From IMG/VR virus record IMGVR_UViG_3300025132_000035, positions 1 through 63,720 of that record: a stretch of 63,720 bases of DNA. One strand, given 5' to 3'. This document shows, in pieces, positions 20,356 through 29,939 of the stretch (position 1 is its first letter; each line of letters starts with the position of its first letter). Below the pieces are notes generated by a model. That model made no database searches, was not told where the DNA came from, and worked only from the letters and a program-made list of their open reading frames with translations. This stretch comes from a virus. Taxonomy: Duplodnaviria; Caudoviricetes. Made by a program: the position numbers and the translations under genes.

Positions 20356-22290
20356 ATGAAATTATCTGATTATATGCCACAACTTCCACAGTTAACTGAA
20401 CGGATGACAACAGTCAATCGACAGATTTCAATGTTGGATATGTTTAAATCAGCTGGAGATGTAGGCGCACCACCACAAATAGGGCTAGATACTGTAGTAA
20501 ATTCTATGGTAAGAAATTCTATTCAACATAGAATGCAACTTATTCGTGATGTTCAGACTATCGTAATGTCAGTTGAGGAAATTCGTGGGCCGCTAAACCA
20601 CATTACCTCTGAAGTATTTAGAAGGGGTTTGCATTTTGCATCAACTGTAGAAAACCCAGACCCAATGCAAAAAGAAAAATTAGAGGACATTAGAGATAGT
20701 TGTAATATCTTTGGGCAATCTTTAGAAGAAGTATTACGACAATTCCATCATGATTTAATATCTTTAGATGATGCTTTTTTGCATTTTAGCAAAGAATATA
20801 AAGATTTAGGTAATGGAAAACTAACTTCAAGGTTGTTAGAAATCAGAAGATTAAACCCAGCAATGGTTGAATTTGATATTGATGCAGAGGGTTTACCAAA
20901 GAATGCTAACTTCCTTTGTCCTATACATAGAGAAACAGCACATACCAAAAGAGGTAAATGCGAAAATGATGATTGTGATATTGAATTACAGCCAGTAATG
21001 TATAAATTAAAATATAGAAACAAAGAAACATTCCTACTTGAAAACGAAGTAGTACACTTATCTAAGTTTAGCCCAAGTGAAACCTATGGTTGGAGTCCAG
21101 TTCTTACGATCTTTGAAAAAGCATTAACATTAATAGGTATGGATAAGAACCTATTCAATTATTTTTTCCAGCGCAAGATGCCAGCTAGTATGTTACTTAT
21201 AACTACTGATGACCCAGAATCATTACGTAGAGAAAGAGAACATATCGCAGCACAAACAAGGGCTGATCCTAACTATATCCCAATGGTTGCAGTTTCATCT
21301 AGGAACCAAAGAGGTAGAGTTGATATGGTACGTATGTTTCATACTTTACAAGAAATGGATTACTTACCTGTTAGGCAAGAGATTCGTGAAAGAGTTGCTG
21401 CTATATGGGGTGTTACAGCTTCTTGGCAAGGCGCACCAGATGCTTTTGGTGGGTTATCTAGCCAAACACAACAGTTAACTGTTATGAGTCGTGTTGTAGA
21501 AGCTGACCAAAGATTGTTTACCGAAAAAGTATTTCCACAATTAATTAAATGTTTAGCCATAACAGATTTTGAAATTGAGTTACCACAACCAGAAGAAAAG
21601 GCTGAAAACACTAAATTGTCTTTTGCTATGCAGAAAATAAACATAGCTTCACAGTTTTCAAAGTTAGGATTTGAAGTATCACTAAAAGAACAAAATGCTG
21701 ATGTTATTGATGCTGAGTTTGTAGTAAGTGGTAAGGCAACTAAAACAGCCAACCTTGCTGAGGAAAAAACAAAACTAGACATTGAAAATCAAAAGAAACA
21801 AATGGAACAAGAAGAAGCTCAACAGCAACAGCAAGAAGCTCAACAGCAACAGCAAGAACAACAGCAACAACAAGAAATGTTTGGAATGTCGGATGATACA
21901 CCAGATATGGATAAGTTAATACCAGATCGTTCTGCTGATAGAAAGTTTAAAGGTAGAACTGGGGGATTAACTCCTAACAGTGCTGACAAAGCACCTAACG
22001 AAGAACGAGATTTAGATAGTTATGCTGAAGCTAGAAGTATGGAACTATCTAAAAACTGGATAGATACTTTAGTAGAAAAAGGATTTACAAGCCCTTTGAT
22101 TAAAGAAGTATCACCTGATCTTAAACAAATGTGGTTTTCTCAAGACAACATTGACTATGTTGCTCAACTATCTAGTAATGGTGTTGGGTTTATTGAAAAA
22201 GCTACTTTCAGTAATCCAGAGGCGTTTAAACACACTAAAGAACAACCAAAAAGCCCTAACCCTATTAAGGTAGACTTAGATGAAAGTTAA
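20356..22290 (+). CDS. Portal protein
   Basis: EVVHLSKFSPS..YGWSP motif; position between terminase and head genes; size. Confidence 0.85.
   Translation: MKLSDYMPQLPQLTERMTTVNRQISMLDMFKSAGDVGAPPQIGLDTVVNSMVRNSIQHRMQLIRDVQTIVMSVEEIRGPLNHITSEVFRRGLHFASTVENPDPMQKEKLEDIRDSCNIFGQSLEEVLRQFHHDLISLDDAFLHFSKEYKDLGNGKLTSRLLEIRRLNPAMVEFDIDAEGLPKNANFLCPIHRETAHTKRGKCENDDCDIELQPVMYKLKYRNKETFLLENEVVHLSKFSPSETYGWSPVLTIFEKALTLIGMDKNLFNYFFQRKMPASMLLITTDDPESLRREREHIAAQTRADPNYIPMVAVSSRNQRGRVDMVRMFHTLQEMDYLPVRQEIRERVAAIWGVTASWQGAPDAFGGLSSQTQQLTVMSRVVEADQRLFTEKVFPQLIKCLAITDFEIELPQPEEKAENTKLSFAMQKINIASQFSKLGFEVSLKEQNADVIDAEFVVSGKATKTANLAEEKTKLDIENQKKQMEQEEAQQQQQEAQQQQQEQQQQQEMFGMSDDTPDMDKLIPDRSADRKFKGRTGGLTPNSADKAPNEERDLDSYAEARSMELSKNWIDTLVEKGFTSPLIKEVSPDLKQMWFSQDNIDYVAQLSSNGVGFIEKATFSNPEAFKHTKEQPKSPNPIKVDLDES
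21814..21873 (+). repeat. Tandem 21-bp-unit poly-Gln repeat in the portal C-terminal tail
   Basis: gaagctcaacagcaacagcaa twice plus a degenerate copy, encoding EAQQQQQEAQQQQQEQQQQQ. Confidence 0.85.
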
Positions 22291-22612
22291 AAAAGATTTC
22301 GGTGGGACAGTTGTTACGTCAGCAGATTCTGGAACTTTTACCCCTACTTATGGTGGGCATAAAAAGAAAAAGAAGAAAGATGGCATAGATCGTTTGAACG
22401 GATTTATTAATAATAAAACCCCAACGTTACGTATGTATAATAAGTCTTTAGTAGCACTTACTAAATGGATTGCAAAACAAGAAGATAATGAACAAAAAGA
22501 TAAGATGAAGAAAATAAAAGAAAAAGAAAAACATGAAGAAAGTGTTGATGAGGCAGCACCATTTACTGGGCATTCTGATTTAGCACTACCAATATTGAAT
22601 TATGAAAAATAA
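22280..22612 (+). CDS. Basic hypothetical protein, possibly a virion internal protein
   Basis: Coupled to portal; FTPTYGG then a poly-Lys run. Confidence 0.65.
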   Translation: MKVKKDFGGTVVTSADSGTFTPTYGGHKKKKKKDGIDRLNGFINNKTPTLRMYNKSLVALTKWIAKQEDNEQKDKMKKIKEKEKHEESVDEAAPFTGHSDLALPILNYEK

Positions 22613-22907
22613 TAATTGCCCTAAATGTAATGGATTAATGTTCTTGAATGAGGACAAAGATTTACACTGTTTTATGTGTGGAAAAACAATTGTACTGACA
22701 GTCAGGAGAAGCTATGATGAGAGAACAGGGGATTTACGATATAATAAAGTGGAGACAAGAGGGGAACACATGGGAACAGATTTCGGAGAAAGTATACGAA
22801 GATTATGGGATAAAAGTTCACAGGACAACGATTCAACGTTGGCACGACAGGTCACTGGTCTCGGTACAGGACTTTACGGAATCAGAAGGCATAGAAGATA
22901 CATTTGA
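22602..22907 (+). CDS. Small zinc-ribbon protein
   Basis: CPKC...CFMCG; 3' part overlaps the next gene. Confidence 0.5.
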   Translation: MKNNNCPKCNGLMFLNEDKDLHCFMCGKTIVLTVRRSYDERTGDLRYNKVETRGEHMGTDFGESIRRLWDKSSQDNDSTLARQVTGLGTGLYGIRRHRRYI

Positions 22908-24033
22908 AGATAAGATAATAAAAGCTGATAGAAGGATTGAATACCTTAAATCAGAAGCATCTTTTTACCGAAAACTTTACAATACTGTTACTAAACAGTC
23001 AGCCAAAGAAGATTTATTATTAGATATCATCCACGATATCTCCCCTAGTTTTAAAGAAGTTCCAAAGATACCCTACAAACAAATCAAGGGTAAAGCAGAA
23101 CATTCACAAACAGTTATAGCCCCACTAACAGATACCCACATCGGAGAGTACATCAACGAAAAACAAATGATCGGTATGAACAAATACGATATGGAATTGT
23201 TCAACAAACGTTTGTATGGGTGGGCAAATCAACTACTAGCGTTAGTCAATTACAGAAGAAACATAGCCAACATTGATACCCTTATTATTCCCATGTTAGG
23301 AGATATGATCTCTGGTGATATTCACGATGAGTTAGCAAGGTCTAACGTAGAAAATAATATGATGCAAATGTTAAAGGGAGCATACTTAATCTCCCAAGCT
23401 ATTCTATTATTAGCCCCACACTTTAAAGAAATAAAAGTCCCATGTGTTGTTGGTAATCATGGTCGCATGACACATAAACCAGTAATGAAAAACAGAGTAA
23501 CTACCGACTGGGATTATATGTTATACCAGTGGATAGCTGCATTTCTTAAAAATCAAAAGCATATAAAGTTTGAAATACCAGAATCTTTTTTTCATATCTT
23601 CAATGTGTATAACAATAGAGTGTTAATAATGCATGGGGATAGTATTGCTGGTGGTGGAAGTAGTATGTCCATATCAAAAGCAGTATCTAATTTACGAGGG
23701 GCATTACAATATAAGAACAACCTTAACACTGAGTTAGGGGTTGATACTCAAGAACTAAACCATTTTGATACTGTATTTATGGGGCATTTTCATAGAGTAG
23801 ACGAGATGGACATTGGAACTGGGGAGTTACACATCTGTGGCTGTATAAAAGGTGTGGATGAGTTTGCTTTACAACGTTTACACGTATCAGCAAAACCTAA
23901 ACAAATAGCTACGTACTGGCATCCACTTCATGGTTATCTAGGAAAAGAAGTTATTTATCTATCAAGATATGATCAATCAGATAATAAATTTGATGATAAT
24001 ATAAATTCCACGTGGGCAAACATGATTTTTTAG
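22714..24033 (+). CDS. HTH plus calcineurin-like metallophosphoesterase
   Basis: DTHIG; LGDMISG; GNHGR; HGD; GHFH; N-terminal HTH. Confidence 0.85.
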   Translation: MMREQGIYDIIKWRQEGNTWEQISEKVYEDYGIKVHRTTIQRWHDRSLVSVQDFTESEGIEDTFEDKIIKADRRIEYLKSEASFYRKLYNTVTKQSAKEDLLLDIIHDISPSFKEVPKIPYKQIKGKAEHSQTVIAPLTDTHIGEYINEKQMIGMNKYDMELFNKRLYGWANQLLALVNYRRNIANIDTLIIPMLGDMISGDIHDELARSNVENNMMQMLKGAYLISQAILLLAPHFKEIKVPCVVGNHGRMTHKPVMKNRVTTDWDYMLYQWIAAFLKNQKHIKFEIPESFFHIFNVYNNRVLIMHGDSIAGGGSSMSISKAVSNLRGALQYKNNLNTELGVDTQELNHFDTVFMGHFHRVDEMDIGTGELHICGCIKGVDEFALQRLHVSAKPKQIATYWHPLHGYLGKEVIYLSRYDQSDNKFDDNINSTWANMIF

Positions 24034-24040
24034 TATAATA
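24031..24040 (+). promoter_or_regulatory. Putative late promoter TAGTATAATA (leaderless gene follows)
   Basis: ATG 24046 lies 7 nt after TATAAT with no SD. Confidence 0.6.
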
Positions 24041-24045
24041 ATATT

Positions 24046-24543
24046 ATGATACTACAATTTAAAAAACTTAAAAGAGTTTTAAAAAGGTTCCAAAAAGTCG
24101 AACCTCAAATGTTTGACAATATTGGATACCTAGTTTTCAGGGAAGCACAAGAGACTTGCCCTGTAGATACTGGTAGATTAAAAGCATCTGGTACATACAA
24201 TGCAACACCTTATGGTTGGAACATTGAATATAAAGCACCTTATGCAATGGAAGTTCATAGTGGTATTAGGAGAAAACCTAAACCGAACCCATATGAATCA
24301 AATGTTAGGGGGCATATTAGAAATGGTTCTTATGTCCGACCACATTTGAGAACACAGAAAAAAGATGTTAAACCAATGTTTATATCAGGTTTAAACACAT
24401 GGAGAAATATAGATACAACAAAACCAATAAAAGCAAATGGTTGGTTAGAGAAGGCTTACCAAAAAATAAAAGGGGAATTACCATTTCAAATACAAGGTCA
24501 ATTCCCAGATTCGATAGTAAGGAGTAATAGGAATGGATATTAA
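24046..24543 (+). CDS. HK97 gp10-like neck/tail completion protein
   Basis: AQETCPVDTGRLKAS...Y.APYA.EVH.G; WLEKA. Confidence 0.8.
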   Translation: MILQFKKLKRVLKRFQKVEPQMFDNIGYLVFREAQETCPVDTGRLKASGTYNATPYGWNIEYKAPYAMEVHSGIRRKPKPNPYESNVRGHIRNGSYVRPHLRTQKKDVKPMFISGLNTWRNIDTTKPIKANGWLEKAYQKIKGELPFQIQGQFPDSIVRSNRNGY

Positions 24544-24742
24544 TAAAGTATCACAGACACAAGAATACATCATGGCAAGGCATAGTAGAATGGTTGGTAG
24601 GGTCTTGGACTTAGTAGAAGCTAGTCTACCTGAAGGCAACCAATGTGAAAAGCTAAAGAAACTTTTACAACAACCACTATATGATTTTCGAAACGAAATG
24701 ATCGATTTAGATTCTAAGGGTATTCCTGAAGATGACAAATAA
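24533..24742 (+). CDS. Hypothetical protein, paralog of 28991-29203
   Basis: AAGGAG RBS; shared R.VG.V..L.E.SLPE....LKK motif. Confidence 0.75.
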   Translation: MDINKVSQTQEYIMARHSRMVGRVLDLVEASLPEGNQCEKLKKLLQQPLYDFRNEMIDLDSKGIPEDDK

Positions 24743-24768
24743 AAAACCCCTCTAATTGAGGGGTTCTT
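24741..24768. terminator. Bidirectional intrinsic terminator
   Basis: aacccctc-taatt-gaggggtt between convergent genes, with A and T flanks. Confidence 0.75.
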
Positions 24769-24778
24769 ATAATTTTTC

Positions 24779-24961
24779 TTAGTAAGGAATTTCTTCATCT
24801 GGTTCGATTGTTTCTCCCATCTCGATCATCTCATAGTAGCCATTACCACCATACTTAGACCATCCACAGAAGCACCTAACTAAACCATCATGGAAATCAC
24901 ATACCATACAGACATCAGCCCCACAATGGGGGCTATAGTCATATTGGTGTTCACAGTTCAT
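24779..24961 (-). CDS. Small Cys-rich early protein
   Basis: AAGGAG RBS; C..C and C.C pairs. Confidence 0.7.
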   Translation of the reverse strand: MNCEHQYDYSPHCGADVCMVCDFHDGLVRCFCGWSKYGGNGYYEMIEMGETIEPDEEIPY

Positions 24962-24985
24962 TCTCTCACTCCTTTTTTAGTTGAT

Positions 24986-25639
24986 TTATTCTGACCACGT
25001 AATTGTTGAGTCAGAATCAGATATATAGTGAAGCTGGTCTTCAGGAAAATCTTCTATAATTGCTACATACTCATCAATGGATTTTTCTGGCTGATAGTAT
25101 TGAATTTTTTTCTTGTCAGAATCAGAAACTTCATAAGAATCATAATAAGCATATTGTGAGGTATATGTTCTTGTTGAATATCTTTTAACTGGGAAAACAC
25201 ACTCTGCAAAATCATGTTTTCCAGTTAATAAATCAATCCAATTTTTAGCATCAGTTGACTGAATAAACATTGAATTAAAATTCATCATATTTAGTCCACC
25301 TACTATCACACCCTCAGCTTTATACCTATTGATGTTTGATCTATCAATAATACTCATAATAGCATTTGGTATAAGTTGGTTTCTAAGTGAGTTAGCCCAG
25401 TTTATTTGTTTTTCTGAACCCTCAGTAAGAGTTGGAAGATGAACAATCTTTAAAATAGCATCAAGCACTTTTTGAGAATCAGATTTTTTATCTGATACAA
25501 AACAAGCCTTACAAACTCTAGTTTCATGAAAAGCTATGTTTCTAGCAATGGTGGCTTTTTGCTGACGTTCTCTAGGCATACTAACCTCATGTCCACATTT
25601 GTGGGTAACTGTATATGTTTTTTCTATTGTACTAACCAT
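24986..25639 (-). CDS. Hypothetical early protein
   Basis: HKCGH...VCKAC zinc motif; L.EGSEKQINWA..LR motif common in phage proteins. Confidence 0.75.
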   Translation of the reverse strand: MVSTIEKTYTVTHKCGHEVSMPRERQQKATIARNIAFHETRVCKACFVSDKKSDSQKVLDAILKIVHLPTLTEGSEKQINWANSLRNQLIPNAIMSIIDRSNINRYKAEGVIVGGLNMMNFNSMFIQSTDAKNWIDLLTGKHDFAECVFPVKRYSTRTYTSQYAYYDSYEVSDSDKKKIQYYQPEKSIDEYVAIIEDFPEDQLHYISDSDSTITWSE

Positions 25640-25932
25640 TATTCCACTCTCCCTTCGAGTCTAGCAGTTTCCTCACGACAAGCCTCGCTTAAAAATTCGA
25701 CTGCTTGGCACAAGTCTGCATAACTCATTTTTTCAAAGTTATAGTGATAGCCCTTACGACCAAAGGCATATTTATGTTCTTCATAAAGATAGATTTCTAA
25801 ATCTTCACGAGAATAATAATCCTTGTCTAAAATGTCAGCGTGGTTTGGTAAAGTTGAATTATTTTGAAGTTCATCCTCAAAAACATCAAAATTATTTTTA
25901 GAGTTAACTCTAGCTGTTCTTGTATTTGCCAT
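25639..25932 (-). CDS. Hypothetical early protein
   Basis: AAGGAG RBS; first gene after a sigma-70 promoter. Confidence 0.75.
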   Translation of the reverse strand: MANTRTARVNSKNNFDVFEDELQNNSTLPNHADILDKDYYSREDLEIYLYEEHKYAFGRKGYHYNFEKMSYADLCQAVEFLSEACREETARLEGRVE

Positions 25933-25964
25933 ATTTCACACTCCTTTTTATTTACTATAATCAT

Positions 25965-25992
25965 AGTATAACACAATAAATCTATTTGTCAA
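25965..25992 (-). promoter_or_regulatory. Sigma-70-type early promoter
   Basis: TTGACA-N16-TATACT with an extended -10 TG. Confidence 0.7.
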
Positions 25993-26008
25993 CACTTTAT
26001 TTAATAAA

Positions 26009-26038
26009 TAAAAAACCCCTCAATTTAGAGGGGTCTTT
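26009..26038 (-). terminator. Intrinsic terminator
   Basis: acccctc-aattta-gaggggt hairpin with a U tract on the minus strand. Confidence 0.7.
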
Positions 26039-26066
26039 CATATAGTCATAAAGAGAGGTGAAATCT

Positions 26067-26243
26067 TTATGCCATGTTTGTCATTGCATAATCCCAATCT
26101 CTTTTCATTTGAGTTGGGTCTTTTTTCCAAGAATTTATAACTTGTTCTCTTGTCATTTCAAACTCATTACAAATGGTCGGTAATATAAATTCTTTTGTTT
26201 CATGATCTAACTCAAACGTAAATTTTCTATTGCCTTTTCTCAT
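26067..26243 (-). CDS. Small hypothetical protein (58 aa, not in ORF track)
   Basis: AAGGAG RBS; MRKGNRKFTFELDHETKEF...NMA*. Confidence 0.65.
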   Translation of the reverse strand: MRKGNRKFTFELDHETKEFILPTICNEFEMTREQVINSWKKDPTQMKRDWDYAMTNMA

Positions 26244-26245
26244 AT

Positions 26246-26464
26246 TTAAATCTCCTTTGCTATTATTTCTTTTAGTTCTGGTACACTCATTTCATTTAAT
26301 CCATTAACTCCATACCTATAAAGATACTCAATCAGTTCGGTAAGTTGGTTGATTGCTTCTGCACGAGTTTCACAAGCCATGCCATTGTTATAATTTTCCA
26401 AAGTACGATGAAATATTATTTTCTCTATATAGTATTTTTGTTCACCTGTTATTTTAGTAACCAT
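26246..26464 (-). CDS. Hypothetical early protein
   Basis: AAGGAG RBS. Confidence 0.7.
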   Translation of the reverse strand: MVTKITGEQKYYIEKIIFHRTLENYNNGMACETRAEAINQLTELIEYLYRYGVNGLNEMSVPELKEIIAKEI

Positions 26465-26465
26465 T

Positions 26466-26594
26466 TTAAATCTCCTTTGCTATTTTTTTAGAAATACAAA
26501 CTCCCTTGTAATACACTTTGATCTCACGCTTGGGGGGAAAATACCCCTTAGCATTAATCCTGTCAATTTCCTTTTTAATTTCTGTGTTTATCAT
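26466..26594 (-). CDS. Small hypothetical protein (42 aa, not in ORF track)
   Basis: GAGGTG RBS; ends IAKEI* like the next gene. Confidence 0.55.
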   Translation of the reverse strand: MINTEIKKEIDRINAKGYFPPKREIKVYYKGVCISKKIAKEI

Positions 26595-26629
26595 AGTCAC
26601 CTCACTACAATTCATACTAAATTACAAAC

Positions 26630-26658
26630 AGTATATATTTAATTATTTAAAATGTCAA
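26630..26658 (-). promoter_or_regulatory. Sigma-70-type early promoter
   Basis: TTGACA-N17-TATACT. Confidence 0.75.
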
Positions 26659-26740
26659 CAGTTTGTTATGCAAATAGTTATACACGTTTGTTTATAAATG
26701 TATAAAATAATACATTTTGAATAGGAAATTCGAATTTCGT

Positions 26741-26750
26741 TAGTATAATA
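26741..26750 (+). promoter_or_regulatory. Putative late promoter TAGTATAATA for the scaffold/capsid operon
   Basis: Recurrent motif upstream of head genes. Confidence 0.6.
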
Positions 26751-26861
26751 ATAATGACGTTTTTTGTATAACGTTATATTTATTATATTTTGTCAATAGG
26801 TCGGATGGCTAAGACCAACCTTTTTGATGCGTTTAAACAACATCTGATTGGAGGTATACAT

Positions 26862-27548
26862 ATGTCAGATGAAGTACAACAGTCCAATGAAGGGGTAACT
26901 TTAGCACTGAGTGCAGTAGCTGAGGTTTTATCTAAAATGGATGAACGATTGGCAAAGCAAGAAGCTGAGGAAATCAAAAAGGCAGAGTTAGCCGAAGCTG
27001 AATTGCAAAAGTCAGAATTAGCAGAAATGATAAAGAGTATCGTTTCTCAAGCAGTAGCAGAGTTTACAAAAGCAGATGAAGAAGATGATCAAGATGAAGA
27101 AGACGCTGATGACTTCATAGAAGATATCAAGGAAGAAGAAGAAGCAGAGGAAGAAGAAGAAATAGATAAAGCAGACGAAGATGACGATGACGAAGAAGAA
27201 GTCGATAAAGGAAAATACATGAAATCCAAAGACTCTGATTCTGAAATTGCTTCATTAAAGAAACAAATAGCTGAGTTACAATCTGGAATTGATGAGAAAA
27301 TCCAAAAAGAAGCTGATACAAGACTTCGAAAATTAGGTTTCCGAGAGGAAACTGGTCTTAAAGCACCTGAAATTGTTCGATATGACACAATGGGTGTTGA
27401 GGATACAACCCCAATACAGAAATCCGAAGAACCAACTAATGTAGTAGAACAACTCGCAAAGATGTCTTATACACAACTTCGAACTTTACAACATAAAATT
27501 CAATCTGGTGATACCGATGGAGTTCCAAGAGAACTAATCGAAGGCTAA
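26862..27548 (+). CDS. Capsid scaffolding protein
   Basis: GGAGGT RBS before ATG 26862; very acidic coiled coil; directly upstream of the major capsid gene. Confidence 0.75.
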   Translation: MSDEVQQSNEGVTLALSAVAEVLSKMDERLAKQEAEEIKKAELAEAELQKSELAEMIKSIVSQAVAEFTKADEEDDQDEEDADDFIEDIKEEEEAEEEEEIDKADEDDDDEEEVDKGKYMKSKDSDSEIASLKKQIAELQSGIDEKIQKEADTRLRKLGFREETGLKAPEIVRYDTMGVEDTTPIQKSEEPTNVVEQLAKMSYTQLRTLQHKIQSGDTDGVPRELIEG

Positions 27549-27578
27549 TCACTTAAAAATTATAGGAGAAATATATAA

Positions 27579-28916
27579 ATGGCTAATCCAAGTTTATCAG
27601 AATATTTAGCCCAGTCTCAAAGAGGATTGTATCAATCAGTATTTGGTGAAGACTTCTTATCGAAGCAGTCATACTTCACAGTCGATACTTCGACCAATAT
27701 ATTTACCACAACTTTTGGTAGAAAAGTATTTGAGGCTCTAAATAACAAAACAAGATTTTTTAATGCACTACCTAAAACAGTTTGGGGAAATACTGCTGGT
27801 TGGAGAATACGATCCGATCGTGGTTCCAACAGAAGTTTACCAATAACTGAAACTGGAAGTCTCCCAACTGTAGACGTCAGTGCTATTCAAACAGTTAGTT
27901 CACTACCTAGAATCGTTGGTACCACATTCGGTGCTTCCGTTAAAGCAGTATTTACTGCTGGTTTAGAGGGTGGTGTTGGTGATGTTCTCGGAATGGAATC
28001 TGAGAATGCAGAAAGAGACCACATTAAAGAAATTGGTCAACAAATGAACGCTGGTACTGCTTTCTTAGCATCTGCTGGTGGAACAACATCAGTAACAATC
28101 CCAGCAGCAATAGCTACTAGTTCTTTCAGAATTGGTGATGCAGTTGGTCAGTATGATGTATCTGCAACTGGATATGACAGAACTTCTGGTTCTGCTATCT
28201 CAGCAATCAATACTTCTACTGGTGCTATGACTGTTGCTTCAGGTACTACATTCGCAGATGGTGACGTAGTTTTCGTTTATTCACGTGCTGGTATGACATC
28301 TATTGATGACATCGTTGCTGAAGATGGTTCTGCTGTTGGTGGTGGTGCTGCTCGATCCAGAGCATACGACTTAACACAAGCTGGTAGAACATCTGGTGGT
28401 TGGAATGCTGCTGCTTCCTCAAGCTACAACAGTGGTACAGGTCGAGACCTAACATTAACATTGTTAGACACAGCAATCCAAAAGATTCGTGAAAATGGTG
28501 GTGAGCCATCATTAATCCTTATGGGTCACGATCAATACTTTAAATTAGAAAGACTTCTTAACTCCCAACAAAGATATATGGGTCAAGAAGAATTCCAAGT
28601 TGGTATCGGTGATGAAAAGACCTATCCGGGTACACGAACTGGAATGACTTTGGCTACCTACATGGGTATACCAATCCTTCCAGATGCTGATACAGCTAAG
28701 TCAGTTTCAACTGCAGACGCTGTATTAGGCTCTAATGTCTATGTATTAAGCACAGACAGTTTAGAGGTAGCAATAGCAAGTCCAACACAGTATGTTGAAA
28801 ACCGAGACTTCTTCGCAGCTAATGCTTTAGTTGTTCGAGGATTGATCTATACTATGGCTGAACTTCGTTGCACAAACTTTATTCACCAAGCAAAAATTGC
28901 TGACTTGAATTCATAA
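27579..28916 (+). CDS. Major capsid protein (HK97 fold)
   Basis: After scaffold and before a strong terminator; FGRKVF..LN....FNALPK..W..GWR, YMGIPI.PD and YTMAELRC motifs. Confidence 0.85.
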   Translation: MANPSLSEYLAQSQRGLYQSVFGEDFLSKQSYFTVDTSTNIFTTTFGRKVFEALNNKTRFFNALPKTVWGNTAGWRIRSDRGSNRSLPITETGSLPTVDVSAIQTVSSLPRIVGTTFGASVKAVFTAGLEGGVGDVLGMESENAERDHIKEIGQQMNAGTAFLASAGGTTSVTIPAAIATSSFRIGDAVGQYDVSATGYDRTSGSAISAINTSTGAMTVASGTTFADGDVVFVYSRAGMTSIDDIVAEDGSAVGGGAARSRAYDLTQAGRTSGGWNAAASSSYNSGTGRDLTLTLLDTAIQKIRENGGEPSLILMGHDQYFKLERLLNSQQRYMGQEEFQVGIGDEKTYPGTRTGMTLATYMGIPILPDADTAKSVSTADAVLGSNVYVLSTDSLEVAIASPTQYVENRDFFAANALVVRGLIYTMAELRCTNFIHQAKIADLNS

Positions 28917-28934
28917 TAAAGTTTTAAAGTTTAT

Positions 28935-28961
28935 GGTGGGGTATTTCGGTATCCCACCTTT
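28935..28961 (+). terminator. Intrinsic terminator after the capsid gene
   Basis: ggtggggta...tatcccacc followed by ttt. Confidence 0.7.
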
Positions 28962-28990
28962 AACTATTTATTAATATGTAAAGTAATGTA

Positions 28991-29203
28991 ATGGTGGATA
29001 TGCGAACTGTGTATGTAGAGAATGTTACAACCTCGTTGGACATTCAAACAAAAAGATTAGTTGGTGAGGTAATGAATCTATTAGAAGGTTCACTACCAGA
29101 GACATCAGCAACACAAGCCCTAAAAAAGTCTGTGAAACAAGCAATCTGGCGTACTAGTCGCAACATTCAAGTTGATGTGAATAGCTTGAATATGAAGGAA
29201 TGA
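28991..29203 (+). CDS. Hypothetical protein, paralog of 24533-24742
   Basis: RLVGEVMNLLEGSLPE...LKK. Confidence 0.65.
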   Translation: MVDMRTVYVENVTTSLDIQTKRLVGEVMNLLEGSLPETSATQALKKSVKQAIWRTSRNIQVDVNSLNMKE

Positions 29204-29207
29204 AAAA

Positions 29208-29864
29208 ATGGTAAAACATAATTTTAAACAATCTGAAGCAACTGGGGATACTAGAATACTGGCTCGGTCTGCATTAGGATATGACTGGAATTATCTGGCT
29301 GATGCTGAAACTTTGCTTTTCGGTAGCACAGATGAAACTGCTTTTAGAATGCAAAACATGAGTGCTGGTACTGGTATCACAGGTGGTACTGGAACTGTTT
29401 ACAAAGCCAATGTAGAAGTTGCTGGGGATTTAATAACCACAACTATTCTTATTGATCTAACAGGTCTAAGGAATACAGCAGCTGGAGATATAATTGGTGT
29501 AAATGGTACTTCCAATGTTTGTCATATAGGACAAATAACAGCAGCCCTTAATGGTACAATATTTGCTGGAGAGATGACTTGTCTAGAAACCCCAGCTGGT
29601 GGTGAGCCTGATATTGATTTATATTCGGCTGACGAAGGTACTGGAATTGAAGATGGGGCAGTTAGTTCCCTTACAGAAAATGCTCTAGTAACTGCTGGTC
29701 AAGATTGGATAGCTGGACTTTCAGCTAATCAGTATAACAGTGCTGGATTAACAGCATTCCCAGCTGCTGACGAATACTTGTATTTAGTCGGTGGTGGTGG
29801 AACTACTGATGCTGATTATACAGCTGGAATATTTAGGATTACCCTTTATGGTTATCCAGCGTAA
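29208..29864 (+). CDS. Virion structural protein (head decoration/fibre-like)
   Basis: Gly/Thr/Ala-rich beta protein downstream of the capsid gene. Confidence 0.6.
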   Translation: MVKHNFKQSEATGDTRILARSALGYDWNYLADAETLLFGSTDETAFRMQNMSAGTGITGGTGTVYKANVEVAGDLITTTILIDLTGLRNTAAGDIIGVNGTSNVCHIGQITAALNGTIFAGEMTCLETPAGGEPDIDLYSADEGTGIEDGAVSSLTENALVTAGQDWIAGLSANQYNSAGLTAFPAADEYLYLVGGGGTTDADYTAGIFRITLYGYPA

Positions 29865-29876
29865 TTAGGATAATTA

Positions 29877-29911
29877 AGTAGCCACCTCTACTAAGGGGTG
29901 GCTACTCTTTA
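29877..29911 (+). terminator. Intrinsic terminator
   Basis: agtagccacc-N10-ggtggctact followed by cttt. Confidence 0.75.
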
Positions 29912-29939
29912 TTATAAAGATCGGAACGTAGGAAGTGAA

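Noticed and set aside
21814-21873. CAG/CAA repeat as a CRISPR array or contingency locus
   Set aside because: In-frame low-complexity poly-Gln tract with no spacers.
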